From: a virus
Lineage: Duplodnaviria; Caudoviricetes
DNA: 64,000 bases
Virus record (IMG/VR): IMGVR_UViG_3300028416_000009
Location: 28,108 to 92,107 of that record
Direction: 5' to 3' (one strand)
Below are positions 20,689 to 31,423 of the stretch, in pieces. A program made the position numbers and the translations under genes. Position 1 is the first letter of the stretch. Every line of letters starts with the position of its first letter. Below the pieces are notes generated by a model. The model worked only from the letters and a program-made list of their open reading frames with translations. It did no database searches and had not been told where the DNA came from.

Positions 20689-21105
20689 ATGACCGTACAC
20701 GAAAAATCTCAAGAGCAAAACCAATCTTCACTTAAAAAAGGAAAAATCATTTCCTCATTAACTAAGGGTAAGACCCGTGTTTATGAAGTTGAACTTCAAG
20801 GACGTGATTATTGGAGAACGTATACTGTTGAGTTTTTAATAGAAAATGTTTATTTTTTTAACAGTAGATTAGTATCTTTGGATTTAAAAATGACTAAAAT
20901 CGCAAGTGGTAGTATGGATTTGACACGTTTCGAAACGGCTAAAGAGGATGTTGAAGTGTTCAAATCTCACAAAACCAAAGGAGAGTTAAGTCGATTAGTG
21001 GTTGATTTTTCAAGTAAAGCAAAGTCACAACTTCTAAAAGATAGTGTATTCAAAGCGGCGTGTTACGGAGTAAAACATCTACATATAAATAAAGTGGTAA
21101 TATAA
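20689..21105 (+). CDS. Hypothetical protein
   Basis: ORF with TATCTTTG promoter upstream. Confidence 0.6.
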   Translation: MTVHEKSQEQNQSSLKKGKIISSLTKGKTRVYEVELQGRDYWRTYTVEFLIENVYFFNSRLVSLDLKMTKIASGSMDLTRFETAKEDVEVFKSHKTKGELSRLVVDFSSKAKSQLLKDSVFKAACYGVKHLHINKVVI

Positions 21106-21110
21106 TAATT

Positions 21111-21632
21111 ATGAAAAGTAGTTTTAATCAATTCATACAAAAAACCTACGATGGTAGAGTAATAGACCCATCATATGTTCGATTCAGAGGTATGAAATCA
21201 ATAGTAATAAATGTGGCATCAGAATGTGGGTACACGGATACTAACTATAAAGATATTTTTGAATTCGCAACCAAAATGAAAGACAAGGTATCGATATACC
21301 TATACCCTTCGAATGACTTTGGAGGTCAAGAACCTAAAAGTGAAGAAGAAATCGCTAAGTTCTGTGATAAGTATGGAGTCTTAGATTTATATCCTACGGT
21401 TAAACTAATGAATAAAATATCGGTTAAAGATAGTGAGTTATTTCAATACTTACAATATGACAACAACTTAACACAAGAAGGGGTTAATTGTGAAGTAACA
21501 TGGAATTTTCAAAAGTTTTTAATTAATACTGACGGTAGTTTGTGGGGATATTTATACCCTGAAGAATCATTAACAAACCAAAAAAACATTGAGGAATGGT
21601 GTAATAATATGGAAATAATTAAAGATTATTAA
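21111..21632 (+). CDS. Glutathione peroxidase family (Cys-type)
   Basis: NVASECGYT, PSNDFGGQEP, WNFQKFLI. Confidence 0.92.
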   Translation: MKSSFNQFIQKTYDGRVIDPSYVRFRGMKSIVINVASECGYTDTNYKDIFEFATKMKDKVSIYLYPSNDFGGQEPKSEEEIAKFCDKYGVLDLYPTVKLMNKISVKDSELFQYLQYDNNLTQEGVNCEVTWNFQKFLINTDGSLWGYLYPEESLTNQKNIEEWCNNMEIIKDY

Positions 21633-21997
21633 TATGTTGATAGAACCTAAAGAAAAGAATATTGAGAAAATGCCAAATCAAAAATGGCATCAAATCATAT
21701 CGTTTATTAAATCAGGAATTCGTATATTTGGGTATTGTTTAATCCCGTTCGATTTAATTTCTGCGACTATAGTGTTAGTCATTTCAGAAATTATTGGAAT
21801 AGTAGAAGAATTAGTGTAATGGAAAATATGTTTTTTGAATCCTTAAAAAAAGAATACTTTGTTTTAGTCGAATCTCGTGAAGAGGCACTATTTTTAGGTG
21901 ACCACGATAAAATTAAAACAGTTGAAAGAATTATGGGTCATATATGGTCTTTGTTAAAAGAAGATTATTATAAAGACCCGGAGATAGTTTAATTAAT

Positions 21998-22414
21998 GGG
22001 GGTGACTTGGAATTGATTGGCAGGGTCAGTTATACGGGGCACGTAGTGAGATGTTTCCTATCACTTTAATCTACGGTGACAATTTTTTTAGACGGCAACG
22101 TTTACAACGAGATGGCAATGTTCGGCTTAGTGGCTGACGAAGCTATCGTTAACGCATAGTTAGACTACGTGTTAACAGTAACCCACTCTAAGAGTCGGTT
22201 ACATGGGGTCGGTCAGGACACATAACCTAGCAACAGAAGTCCGCAGTGTGGTAGAGTACGATTAAACCCTAAATTGAATCGTTCATTGGGTGTTGGTTGC
22301 AATGATAAATAATAACCAACAAATTTCGGAGTATTAGAAAATACTGACCTAAACGTGTAGTCCTTTATAGGTGGACTGAACAAGACCCGGGTTCGAAACC
22401 CGGCACCTCCACCA
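21998..22414 (+). ncRNA. ssrA: tmRNA
   Basis: 5' GGGGGTGA...GAATTGA; 3' T-arm ccggGTTCGAAAcccgg, CACCTCCACCA with G3-U70; internal tag ORF 22094-22159. Confidence 0.93.
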
Positions 22415-22420
22415 TTAGAT

Positions 22421-22450
22421 AAACCACTCCTTAATCGGGGTGGTTTTTTT
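22421..22450 (+). terminator. Intrinsic terminator after tmRNA
   Basis: aaaccactcc...ggggtggttt followed by T-tract. Confidence 0.8.
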
Positions 22451-22497
22451 ATTATAGAACGTCTATACTTTACGGTTAGGTTTTGTATTATTAAATT

Positions 22498-23268
22498 ATG
22501 AGAATTATATATAGTTTTAATACGAGTGTTGGGGATGACGACTATTTTAAAGGAGTTAATTTAGAACATAACTTTTTGTTCTATGAATTATCTATTAGGT
22601 TGTGTCGACAATATTATCCGGTGACGTTATATACTGATGAATACGGAGCAGAACGTTTAGGTCATTTAGTGGATGAGGTTAAAATGTTAAAAAAAGACCC
22701 TGAGAACTACATATGGAGTGAACCAAAGTTTGAGGCCATAAGTAATGAGACAGGAGACTTTTTACACGTTGATGGGGATTTGTTTATTACTAAACCTTTC
22801 ACATTAAATGATTCTGATGTGTATTATGACCACACTGAAGTTACACTACACGAGTATTACTACAAAGAAAATTTAAAAAACTTTACAGATTATGGTATTG
22901 GTGAAGTATTCCCTGAATGGAGCAACAAATATTTGGGGGCGTTTAATATTGGTATTATGGGTTTTAGAACCGATGAAATAAAAAACATCTACTTAGATAG
23001 ATATTTTAAGATGAAAGATTGGTTTTACAATGTGTTTCCACATGAAAAAGTCGAAGCTATAATACCAAGTATGACATTAGGGGAACATAGTTTAGCTTGT
23101 TTGTCTGAATATTATAATTGGAAATCCACTCCCTTATACGATGAAAACCAATATTTACATATGTATGGTGGACGTAAACATTTAGATATGTTTTATCAAT
23201 TTGCTAAGTCATATTTAGAAAATAGGGAATTTAAAACATATAAAGACAATGGAAATATTATCACATAA
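22498..23268 (+). CDS. Glycosyltransferase-like protein (GT-A, DxD)
   Basis: LYTD...FLHVDGDLF...FNIGIMG. Confidence 0.6.
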   Translation: MRIIYSFNTSVGDDDYFKGVNLEHNFLFYELSIRLCRQYYPVTLYTDEYGAERLGHLVDEVKMLKKDPENYIWSEPKFEAISNETGDFLHVDGDLFITKPFTLNDSDVYYDHTEVTLHEYYYKENLKNFTDYGIGEVFPEWSNKYLGAFNIGIMGFRTDEIKNIYLDRYFKMKDWFYNVFPHEKVEAIIPSMTLGEHSLACLSEYYNWKSTPLYDENQYLHMYGGRKHLDMFYQFAKSYLENREFKTYKDNGNIIT

Positions 23269-23734
23269 TCACAAACAAATAATAATCGATTTAAATAAAA
23301 TCACAGATAATAAAATTAGTGTCGGAGGTAGTATTGAAGATTATTTATTACTCGGAACGGCGGATAAACCTATTGGGGATATTGATTTTATTATTGATGA
23401 TAACGAAACCTTTGAAAAAATAAAAAATCACTTTGATTTACCAGAACGTAAACCTTCATACTATAGTCGTTTATGTGACTTTGAATTTAGAGATAAGTAT
23501 ACAATAACGATTAATGGGGTTACGGTAGATTTCTTGGTTAACACAGGGGAAAGTGTAGTTTGTAGTGAATTAACCGAAACAGTATATGACGACATACCTA
23601 TTAAACATGGTACCCTTAAATGTAAAATAATTTTATTAGAAAATTGGATTAGAAATTCAATCCCTAATGATGTGTGGGCGCATGAAAAATTTAGTAAAAT
23701 ATTAAAAAAATATGAGGGTCTTAATAATATGTAA
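23249..23734 (+). CDS. Nucleotidyltransferase-fold protein
   Basis: VGGS...GDIDF...VDF (Pol-beta NTase motif). Confidence 0.7.
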   Translation: MEILSHNHKQIIIDLNKITDNKISVGGSIEDYLLLGTADKPIGDIDFIIDDNETFEKIKNHFDLPERKPSYYSRLCDFEFRDKYTITINGVTVDFLVNTGESVVCSELTETVYDDIPIKHGTLKCKIILLENWIRNSIPNDVWAHEKFSKILKKYEGLNNM

Positions 23735-24239
23735 TTCAAGATGTGGTTCAACAAATTTGATGAAATCAATCTCTTCATACTATAATATCCCTTCATTGTT
23801 TGAGCCTTTCAACACACAAAAAGAAATTCCTTTAAATGACCATGTGGTAGTAAAGACTTTGATTAATCATAACACCTTATCTGAATATATTAAACTTTCT
23901 AAGTATTTTGATAAAGTAATCTTACTTAGTCGTAGAGATATTATTGCCATGTCTGAATCGCTTTATTGGGTCTCTAAGACGTGGAGAGAAGATGGTTTTA
24001 AAACTGACACTAACTATCATCTATCCGAATATGAATATAACGAACAGATTGATGTTACTGAAAAAGAATTGCACCGTAAAGTAATTGATAGAGTTGAAAT
24101 GATGAACAATTTATCTAAGGAGTTAAACATTCCTTTAGATTACTATGAAGACGTGTTTTATAAAAATAAACGTTTAAACGATAATGAAATTGGTTTGGAC
24201 TTGAAGTTCTTAGATAATACCCTTAAACTTAGAAAGTAA
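23712..24239 (+). CDS. Sulfotransferase-like protein
   Basis: SRCGST 5'-PSB-like loop; FEPF; LSRRD..AMSES; YYED. Confidence 0.65.
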   Translation: MRVLIICNSRCGSTNLMKSISSYYNIPSLFEPFNTQKEIPLNDHVVVKTLINHNTLSEYIKLSKYFDKVILLSRRDIIAMSESLYWVSKTWREDGFKTDTNYHLSEYEYNEQIDVTEKELHRKVIDRVEMMNNLSKELNIPLDYYEDVFYKNKRLNDNEIGLDLKFLDNTLKLRK

Positions 24240-24417
24240 TGTTTGTTAAAAACAAAAGAGGACGGACTGTCCTCTTTTGGTAGATAATTTAACCCCCTTT
24301 TCTATTTAAGATTATGGTACGAAACCACTTGAATCTTAGTTGATTCATTTAATAAATATCTCGCATTATAATAAAGGCAAGGTCCTTATTTAAAAAAAAC
24401 AATGACGTAAAAAAAGT

Positions 24418-24870
24418 ATGATATTTAAAAAATTAAGTGACCACAAAAAAATTGACGTTGGGGAGTACGTAACCAACTATTTATTTGAAAATCCCGGCAC
24501 CGACTTATACGTTGGGTGTGATTCACAAAATACTAAAAATTTTACAATTTACGCAACTGTTGTTGTTCTACATAAGAATAATAAAGGTGGTCATGTCTTA
24601 TATTGTAAAGAATCCGTACCAAAAATACTAAACAACTTTAGTAAATTATGGGGTGAAGTGGACCGAAGTATCATACTAGCGAGTAAGTTAAATCACGAAT
24701 TTGGTATTCCAATTAAATATGTAGATTTAGATTTAAACCCTGACCCGAAGTATCGGTCAAGTCAAGTATTAAGAGCGGCAGTTGGTTATGTTGAGTCTAT
24801 GGGGTTTACTCCAAGAGTTAAACCTCAAGAATTATGGGCGATATCTGCTGCCGATTCTATATGTAAATAG
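24418..24870 (+). CDS. RNase H-like YkuK family protein
   Basis: YVGCDSQ, LWGEV, VDLDLN, AAD motifs. Confidence 0.8.
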   Translation: MIFKKLSDHKKIDVGEYVTNYLFENPGTDLYVGCDSQNTKNFTIYATVVVLHKNNKGGHVLYCKESVPKILNNFSKLWGEVDRSIILASKLNHEFGIPIKYVDLDLNPDPKYRSSQVLRAAVGYVESMGFTPRVKPQELWAISAADSICK

Positions 24871-24881
24871 TATTTATTAAT

Positions 24882-25685
24882 ATGAGTAAGATTAAAAACA
24901 TAAAAATAACAGAAGAACAATTAAGACTTATCACTAAAGATTCTATTTTAGAAGGTGATAAAGTTAAGGCATTGATTAAACAATATGAGGTTATTAAAAA
25001 TGATAACAAAAACTTACAAACCATAAAAGATTATTCGTCGGACTTTTTTGAGTTCTTAGATGATGTAAGAGAGAGTGGTGTGGTTAATATGTTTCAAGCT
25101 TCTGACTTATTATGGTCAGGTTCTGAGTTTATAGAAAAATACGCATATATTAAAGCCCCACATCTTAGTGATGATTTAGATGATGATGGAGATTTTTCAG
25201 AACATAAGGAGGCTTTTGATAGAGTCCTTTCAAATGCTGACGACATTAGGGACAAAATAATCTCAGTAACTATTGGTAGTGATGAGAATGGTGATATAAA
25301 CAGACAAGTTAAATCATTATCGTCTAAAGTGTTGACAATGTGGATGAGACACTATGGTACCAAAAAAGGTAGAATGAAGACGGATGTGGATGAAATCGCT
25401 AGGACGTTGTCTAAGGCTAGAAGACACGGAAATGGTAATAGGTTTCCACAGTCAGCGGTTAAGGCGAATCCTAATCGTTTTAGACCCGCTAAGAGAGTGA
25501 ATGAACACTTCTTTTTTGGAAATGAATCACCAGACGTACATTGTGATAACTGTGGACATTCTTGGGAAATAAGACCTGAAGATAAAGACCCACACTTATG
25601 TCATATGTGTGCTTACGACCAATCAACAGAAACATACGATTTAGATAAAGTAATTGACTTTTGGACAAATAAAAAAGAGAACTAA
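24882..25685 (+). CDS. Putative virion protein with KITEEQL leader and C-terminal Zn finger
   Basis: RESGVVNMF motif; CDNC...CHMC; TATTTATT upstream. Confidence 0.55.
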   Translation: MSKIKNIKITEEQLRLITKDSILEGDKVKALIKQYEVIKNDNKNLQTIKDYSSDFFEFLDDVRESGVVNMFQASDLLWSGSEFIEKYAYIKAPHLSDDLDDDGDFSEHKEAFDRVLSNADDIRDKIISVTIGSDENGDINRQVKSLSSKVLTMWMRHYGTKKGRMKTDVDEIARTLSKARRHGNGNRFPQSAVKANPNRFRPAKRVNEHFFFGNESPDVHCDNCGHSWEIRPEDKDPHLCHMCAYDQSTETYDLDKVIDFWTNKKEN

Positions 25686-25725
25686 TTTAGTTCTCTTTTT
25701 TTATATTAATATTTTTCACTTCTTA

Positions 25726-26373
25726 CTATGCGAATGAAAAGTCTAAATCCATATCTGATAACTTATCCTTTAAGTTTGATGTTTTAGAACATACCACATC
25801 GTCTACCATATCGGTAAGTTTGTTGATTAACGAACTATCCTCAATAAATGACTTATCTAATTGTTGTCTTATGTTATCCATAATAACACTATCAAATGAT
25901 AAGTTTGTTAACATCTTATCTAACATAAATTCAAACATACCTAAAATAAGTAATTTAGTCATTTTAGAACAATTGGTTATAGTTGAAACTATTTGTGTAA
26001 ATGGCATGTCTGCGAAAGTTACCTGAACATACTTCTTGATGTTTTCATACATAGCACCATCTTCACCACCAATCTTTCCTAAGAATGGTTTTACAAACCA
26101 GTCCATTGCCTTACCGATAACCCATTCTTTAAGTTGTTCTTCAACGTTTCCACCAAAGTTTTTAAATAAACCACCAAAGAAATCAAATAGACCTTCATTA
26201 AGATTATTATCGTTATTAAACGATTCACGTAACATAAAATAACCTAACGGTTCTATGTGTTGTTCTGTGATTACAACATCACCAAACATTTTTTTATACC
26301 TTTCTTCTACGGTACTTGTTTTACTGTCATAAAGTTTAACTAAACTTTTATGTATTGATTCTTTTAATTCCAT
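25726..26373 (-). CDS. Putative virion/internal head protein
   Basis: LKES, ITEQ, LNEG motifs. Confidence 0.5.
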   Translation of the reverse strand: MELKESIHKSLVKLYDSKTSTVEERYKKMFGDVVITEQHIEPLGYFMLRESFNNDNNLNEGLFDFFGGLFKNFGGNVEEQLKEWVIGKAMDWFVKPFLGKIGGEDGAMYENIKKYVQVTFADMPFTQIVSTITNCSKMTKLLILGMFEFMLDKMLTNLSFDSVIMDNIRQQLDKSFIEDSSLINKLTDMVDDVVCSKTSNLKDKLSDMDLDFSFA

Positions 26374-26374
26374 T

Positions 26375-28219
26375 TTATTGTTCTTTTTTTGTAAATATGT
26401 ATATTTTATTTGATGAGAATAGTCTATTTCTAGATTTATCTAACATCCAATCACCTCCAAATACTTGTTCTAATTCACCTTCAATATTACTTAAAATATC
26501 GGTAATATCTTCAGTGGCGATATAAATAACTTTAGATTCGTTTGATGTTACTCTAACATTTTTTATACGATTTTTATCGAAACTTAATTTATTATTTGTT
26601 TTAGCGACTGCGTCGTCTCCAATTTCTTCTATCTTTTTAAGTTCTAATGGTGTCGGGTTTGAAATCTTACTGGTTGCATCAATGATTCTTTCTTCTTCCT
26701 TTTCATCTTTTTCATCCTCGTCATACTTCTTTATAACGAATGACCCATTATTTAATTTTTCGATGACTTTCTGTGCGTAAACAGTTTCTTCATCTTTAAG
26801 ATATTCTTCAGAGGATACCTCCGAACCTAATGCCACAGACCCAATACTTGCTCGAGTACTGTCTTTTTCATAATGTTCTCTTGGGTTACCACCTTTCTCT
26901 ACTAATATATCAATCAGTTTTTCAATATTAGTTTTTTCAGGGTCTACTACCGGTGGTGTTTCTACTCCTGAATCTGATTTACTAGAAACCTCTTTATCTG
27001 TAGTTGTATCTTCTGGTGAAGATTTAGAATCTTCAGGAGATGACTTAGTGTCGTCAGAAGGTGCTTCAATATTATTGGCTTTTCTATAAAGAGATAACAT
27101 ATGGTTATAAGCCTTTCTATTCACACCTACTCTGATATCTCCTATCATCACATCCTCAACGTCTTCTTGTTCGTTTAAAAGGTTTTTACTTAATGAATAA
27201 CTCAATGTCTCATTAAGACCCTGTACGTTACGTACAACAGTCCCACGACTACCACAATCAATGTCTGTTGTTATAGCAACTGGTTGTGAATTAACTTTTT
27301 TATAGTATATGTTGGCAGTTAATACTCCTGATTTATTATAATAGAATATTGTTATCCAATTTTTTTCTGTCCTAATAGCTGCGTTATCGACTTCAGAACC
27401 ACCTATTTTAGCGAATTTCAATCCACCTGTTGTATAACATGAGATATCACCTGAAAGTTTAGTTTCAAACTCACTTTGTATTTTACCTTCATATTTTGAC
27501 ATGTCGATTGAGTTTATTAGTAATGGTATCTCAGAAGTATCCCAGTCACCGTCTAACCTATCAAAATTATTAGTAAATAAAGAATTATTAAATTCGTGGG
27601 TTTCTTGCCCTGATTTAAAAAATTTAGGGTACCAATCCTTAATATTTTGAGCAGTACCACCAATACTTAATTCCATTATTGCTCCTTCAACGTAACCAAT
27701 AACACTATTAGAAAAGACATCAATTTTGTCACTTTCTATTTTCTCCCAAAACTTTTCATAGGTAAATTCTTGGTTTCTTGACGCGAAATATACCCCAACT
27801 GTAAAGGCTTCTAATACTTCCCAAACTTTAAAATCTAAACCTTTCTTATCTACAATACTATTTGACTCCGCACCTGAAACTAAATTCTGTAAAATAACTA
27901 AAGAGTTATATAATTCGGTATTACTATCGATTCTACTACTAAGTTGATTAACAAATAATTTAGACGCTGAATTGATTACGGTGTCTAATTTACCAGAAAA
28001 AGGTTTTAGTTGTAATAACTTAACCCCTTTAGTTTTATCGACTAAATATGGTATTGATTTATTTACAACATCCTTAGCTCCGTCATATAAACCACTTACG
28101 GCACCAGTAGCGATATCCCATAAACCACCAACAAGACCGGGGTCTCCCTGTTCTGTTATGACAAAGTTTTTAGTTTCTACTTTGTTGATAAGACTTTTAA
28201 TTCTGTTTAATTCTTTCAT
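26375..28219 (-). CDS. Large putative virion/internal protein
   Basis: ELNRIKSL leader, ITEQ and LLNEQ motifs. Confidence 0.55.
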   Translation of the reverse strand: MKELNRIKSLINKVETKNFVITEQGDPGLVGGLWDIATGAVSGLYDGAKDVVNKSIPYLVDKTKGVKLLQLKPFSGKLDTVINSASKLFVNQLSSRIDSNTELYNSLVILQNLVSGAESNSIVDKKGLDFKVWEVLEAFTVGVYFASRNQEFTYEKFWEKIESDKIDVFSNSVIGYVEGAIMELSIGGTAQNIKDWYPKFFKSGQETHEFNNSLFTNNFDRLDGDWDTSEIPLLINSIDMSKYEGKIQSEFETKLSGDISCYTTGGLKFAKIGGSEVDNAAIRTEKNWITIFYYNKSGVLTANIYYKKVNSQPVAITTDIDCGSRGTVVRNVQGLNETLSYSLSKNLLNEQEDVEDVMIGDIRVGVNRKAYNHMLSLYRKANNIEAPSDDTKSSPEDSKSSPEDTTTDKEVSSKSDSGVETPPVVDPEKTNIEKLIDILVEKGGNPREHYEKDSTRASIGSVALGSEVSSEEYLKDEETVYAQKVIEKLNNGSFVIKKYDEDEKDEKEEERIIDATSKISNPTPLELKKIEEIGDDAVAKTNNKLSFDKNRIKNVRVTSNESKVIYIATEDITDILSNIEGELEQVFGGDWMLDKSRNRLFSSNKIYIFTKKEQ

Positions 28220-28221
28220 AT

Positions 28222-29520
28222 CTACATTTCTCTTTTTTGTCCGTAATGTGAACCTTTTTTGTTTTTATCAGAACTTTGCTTCTTATACATATCTTTTTCG
28301 TCTTGTTTAATATAATCAGACTTTGATTGATATTCGGTCCCAAGTGTTCCTAATCCAGCCTTTAACATGGTCTTTCTAAGTTGACCCCAATTTGTGGTTG
28401 CATCCATAATCACCTTTCGGTCTGTAATGGTTTTAATGAATACAGAGAATCTTTGACTTGCGTCTGAAGAATTTAAGTAGTCTTTAAATATTTTAGGATT
28501 ATTAAGTATTGTTAAGTTAGTAAATTCTCTCGTTAACTTATCACCTAATTTAGTTCTTAACATATATTGAGACACCGATTCTCCACTCTTCATTGCGGGT
28601 CCTGATATATTTTTTATCGATTGTTTAAAGATTGCGTTTTGAGATTCTTTACTTAGTAATGATGTTCCCGATTTCTGTAAATATTTACTAAACATATCTT
28701 GAGATGCGTAAAATATTCTTTTCCCCCCTATAGTTCCAAATCCAAAACCTTTAGCCACTAAACGACCTCTTTTAGTTAAAAGTTTAACAGGTACCTCAGC
28801 AACGGATAAACCCAATTTAGTCGCTGACTTAGTCGCTGCTTTACCACCTGATTTAGACAATTTTATTAGAAACTTTTCTAATTTAACTATTAAAGCAACA
28901 CCAGCGGCTGCTAATTTATCATCTAATTTGGTTAATGGAATTATCGCTAACCCTTTAAATATGTTTTTAATAATACGAGTACCCTTAAGTACCGCATCTA
29001 TATTCTTGATTAATATGTCTTTGAATTTATTAAACGCATTTAAGGCTTTTGGGTTTGACTTAACCGACTTCTCAAGTAAAGTAGCCGCCCCTTCACCAGT
29101 ACCTTTTGTAAGTTCTTTAATTATCTTTGTTGCTGAAGCAACAGGAATAAACTTAAATATCATTTTAAATGGAATCGCAATTACCGAACCAACAACAGGT
29201 ATTATCGCGATTACACTAATAATACCATTTAAACCATGGGGCATAAATTTTCCTTGTACACTTGCTCTTGTAAATGAAATTAATGCGTTAATAATATCAA
29301 TCGCGTCTCCATACACAGGTACTAAACCCGCCCAATCAAATACTGTTTGAACATTGTCTAACCATTTTTGTTCGTTAATTTGAGTTTTGTTTGTGTTATC
29401 ACCACTATTTTCTTTATAATCAAAGGTTAACAGGTTAAGTTGTCTTTGATTTTCTTCTAATAGAGTTTTAAGTTCTTTAATTTCTTTATCCTCAAATAGA
29501 TTGTTAGTCTTTTCTATCAT
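28222..29520 (-). CDS. Protein with pre-toxin-TG-like helical region
   Basis: VFDWAGLVPVYGDAIDIINA...SVIAIIPVVG after INEQ. Confidence 0.55.
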   Translation of the reverse strand: MIEKTNNLFEDKEIKELKTLLEENQRQLNLLTFDYKENSGDNTNKTQINEQKWLDNVQTVFDWAGLVPVYGDAIDIINALISFTRASVQGKFMPHGLNGIISVIAIIPVVGSVIAIPFKMIFKFIPVASATKIIKELTKGTGEGAATLLEKSVKSNPKALNAFNKFKDILIKNIDAVLKGTRIIKNIFKGLAIIPLTKLDDKLAAAGVALIVKLEKFLIKLSKSGGKAATKSATKLGLSVAEVPVKLLTKRGRLVAKGFGFGTIGGKRIFYASQDMFSKYLQKSGTSLLSKESQNAIFKQSIKNISGPAMKSGESVSQYMLRTKLGDKLTREFTNLTILNNPKIFKDYLNSSDASQRFSVFIKTITDRKVIMDATTNWGQLRKTMLKAGLGTLGTEYQSKSDYIKQDEKDMYKKQSSDKNKKGSHYGQKREM

Positions 29521-29524
29521 AATA

Positions 29525-29740
29525 TTACGGTATTGGATTTGCTTTACCTCTCGTTAATTGTACGATATCAGACCATTTTGTTACATCAATATTATTGGCA
29601 GGACCTCTTTGTATTCCTGTCTCCCATTTAGGGTATGATGTAGTCCCTTCTCCACCTTCAACGTCATCTTGCTCTCCAATATCCGATTGTGGGGTTAGGT
29701 TTAATTTACTATATTGTTCTTTGGTTACTAATACCTTCAT
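29525..29740 (-). CDS. Small putative virion protein
   Basis: MKVLVTKEQY leader; duplicated W..RG(P/K)AN motif. Confidence 0.55.
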   Translation of the reverse strand: MKVLVTKEQYSKLNLTPQSDIGEQDDVEGGEGTTSYPKWETGIQRGPANNIDVTKWSDIVQLTRGKANPIP

Positions 29741-29807
29741 CTATATAAATATTTGTATTATAGAAAAAAGGTAATATAATACCTTAGAATGTAAATATAA
29801 GTATGTA

Positions 29808-30266
29808 TTATTGATTGTTACGGATTTTTTGGAAATACTTAAACCTCATAGTATCCCAATTCTTTTCGTATTCTTCTTTTAGTAATAGGTTAATGTTTGG
29901 AGTCATTATTGTGTAACCCTCTGATACTGAATCGTGTTCTAATTCGAAGATACAATGACCCATTTCATGATAGGCAATGAATTTAAGTAGAAACTTATCA
30001 GTAATCTCATTATTTAAATATACATTACGATACTTGTATATTAAATTCTCATCGGTAATACATATACCAACAGTTTCTTCTGTCATAGACTTCAATTTCA
30101 AATTACTTAATTTAGGATAACTGCTCATATCTATTCCATGATTTTTGCAATCGTCTAAAAATTCTGTATAGACAGTGTATAACTCTTTATCTACATTAGT
30201 CCCTTTATGTCTTGGGGTGCATGTGGATAAGGTTGATATCAGTAGTATAATTAGTAGTTTCTTCAT
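29808..30266 (-). CDS. Secreted/lipoprotein zinc metalloprotease
   Basis: Signal peptide; HEMGHCIFELEH plus TIM Met-turn. Confidence 0.75.
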   Translation of the reverse strand: MKKLLIILLISTLSTCTPRHKGTNVDKELYTVYTEFLDDCKNHGIDMSSYPKLSNLKLKSMTEETVGICITDENLIYKYRNVYLNNEITDKFLLKFIAYHEMGHCIFELEHDSVSEGYTIMTPNINLLLKEEYEKNWDTMRFKYFQKIRNNQ

Positions 30267-30570
30267 GTATGTGGTTTAACCTATAATAAATATCATTTAA
30301 CCTTTGTTAGTATAAAAATAAATGTTATATTTGTATTATCAAAAATTAACTAAGCATGAGTAAAATAAAAGAATTTTATCTAAACAACTTAACGGAAGAG
30401 GAAATGAATCAAATACCACACCAAGGTATGGTTGATGACGGGGAATATAAAGATTATTTCATTAAAAGATTAAGAACTTTGATTATTGAGTTAAAAATGT
30501 CTGATAAAGACAATAAACTAAAAATTCAAAAACTACAACAGGACTTGGATAAAGTAACAAATGACATTTA

Positions 30571-30939
30571 ATGGTAAAAAACAAAACAATATTTTGTGAT
30601 ATAGACGGAACTATATTTCATTATCGTAAGTTCGAAACTTATACAACATCAGAACCAACACCAATTGTAGATGTAATAGAAAAATTAAAAGAGTGGTATA
30701 ATAATGGTGAACACATTATATTAACAACGGCAAGACCTGAGTATTTAAGATACCAAACTCAAAAAGAATTAACAAAACACGATATACCATATAACACGTT
30801 ACTTATGGGTATCGGAAGGGGAGGGAGATATGTCATTAACGATATGGACCCAAACAAACCAGGAGAACGTGCAACAGGAATAAACTTAAAAAGAAATGAA
30901 GGATTTAAAGACATCGATTTATCGAATTTTAACTTGTAG
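30571..30939 (+). CDS. HAD-family phosphatase-like protein
   Basis: FCDIDGT, LTTAR, VIND motifs. Confidence 0.8.
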   Translation: MVKNKTIFCDIDGTIFHYRKFETYTTSEPTPIVDVIEKLKEWYNNGEHIILTTARPEYLRYQTQKELTKHDIPYNTLLMGIGRGGRYVINDMDPNKPGERATGINLKRNEGFKDIDLSNFNL

Positions 30940-31423
30940 TGTATTAGTATTATCATTGTTTAGTTGTGAGGCTGAATTTGATTTACCTGCAACACCAACA
31001 CTAAGTGGAACGTATAAAGTAGAATTTATATCAGCAACAGGACAAAACTTAATCACAGGTCAAGTCATCGATACTATGATTGTTGCAGGAACCTTTTCAA
31101 TGAAAGACCCGATAGAGCCATTAGATGTTTTAGATATTGGTGAGAGAATTCACTTCACATATGCTAAGGTATATGGAGGATACTATCTTTCTAATTTGGG
31201 CGATGAATGGGAATATGATTTTAATTACTACACGTATCAAGATTTAGCAACGGGAGAATATAGAAGAATTGAAATTGATTATTTCAACACTAAAAGAGTT
31301 TTCACTATTGTTGCGGATGGGATTGATTATCTAATACTATCGAGTTCAGGTCAGTGGGAAGATGGTTCTCCTGAAAAAACATTTACGAAATTTACAATGC
31401 ACTTAGAACGTATCGGACCTTAA
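30896..31423 (+). CDS. Lipocalin-like lipoprotein
   Basis: LFSC lipobox, LSGTY; beta-rich. Confidence 0.55.
   Translation: MKDLKTSIYRILTCSVLVLSLFSCEAEFDLPATPTLSGTYKVEFISATGQNLITGQVIDTMIVAGTFSMKDPIEPLDVLDIGERIHFTYAKVYGGYYLSNLGDEWEYDFNYYTYQDLATGEYRRIEIDYFNTKRVFTIVADGIDYLILSSSGQWEDGSPEKTFTKFTMHLERIGP

Noticed and set aside
21111-21632. Selenoprotein glutathione peroxidase
   Set aside because: The active-site codon is TGT (Cys), not TGA
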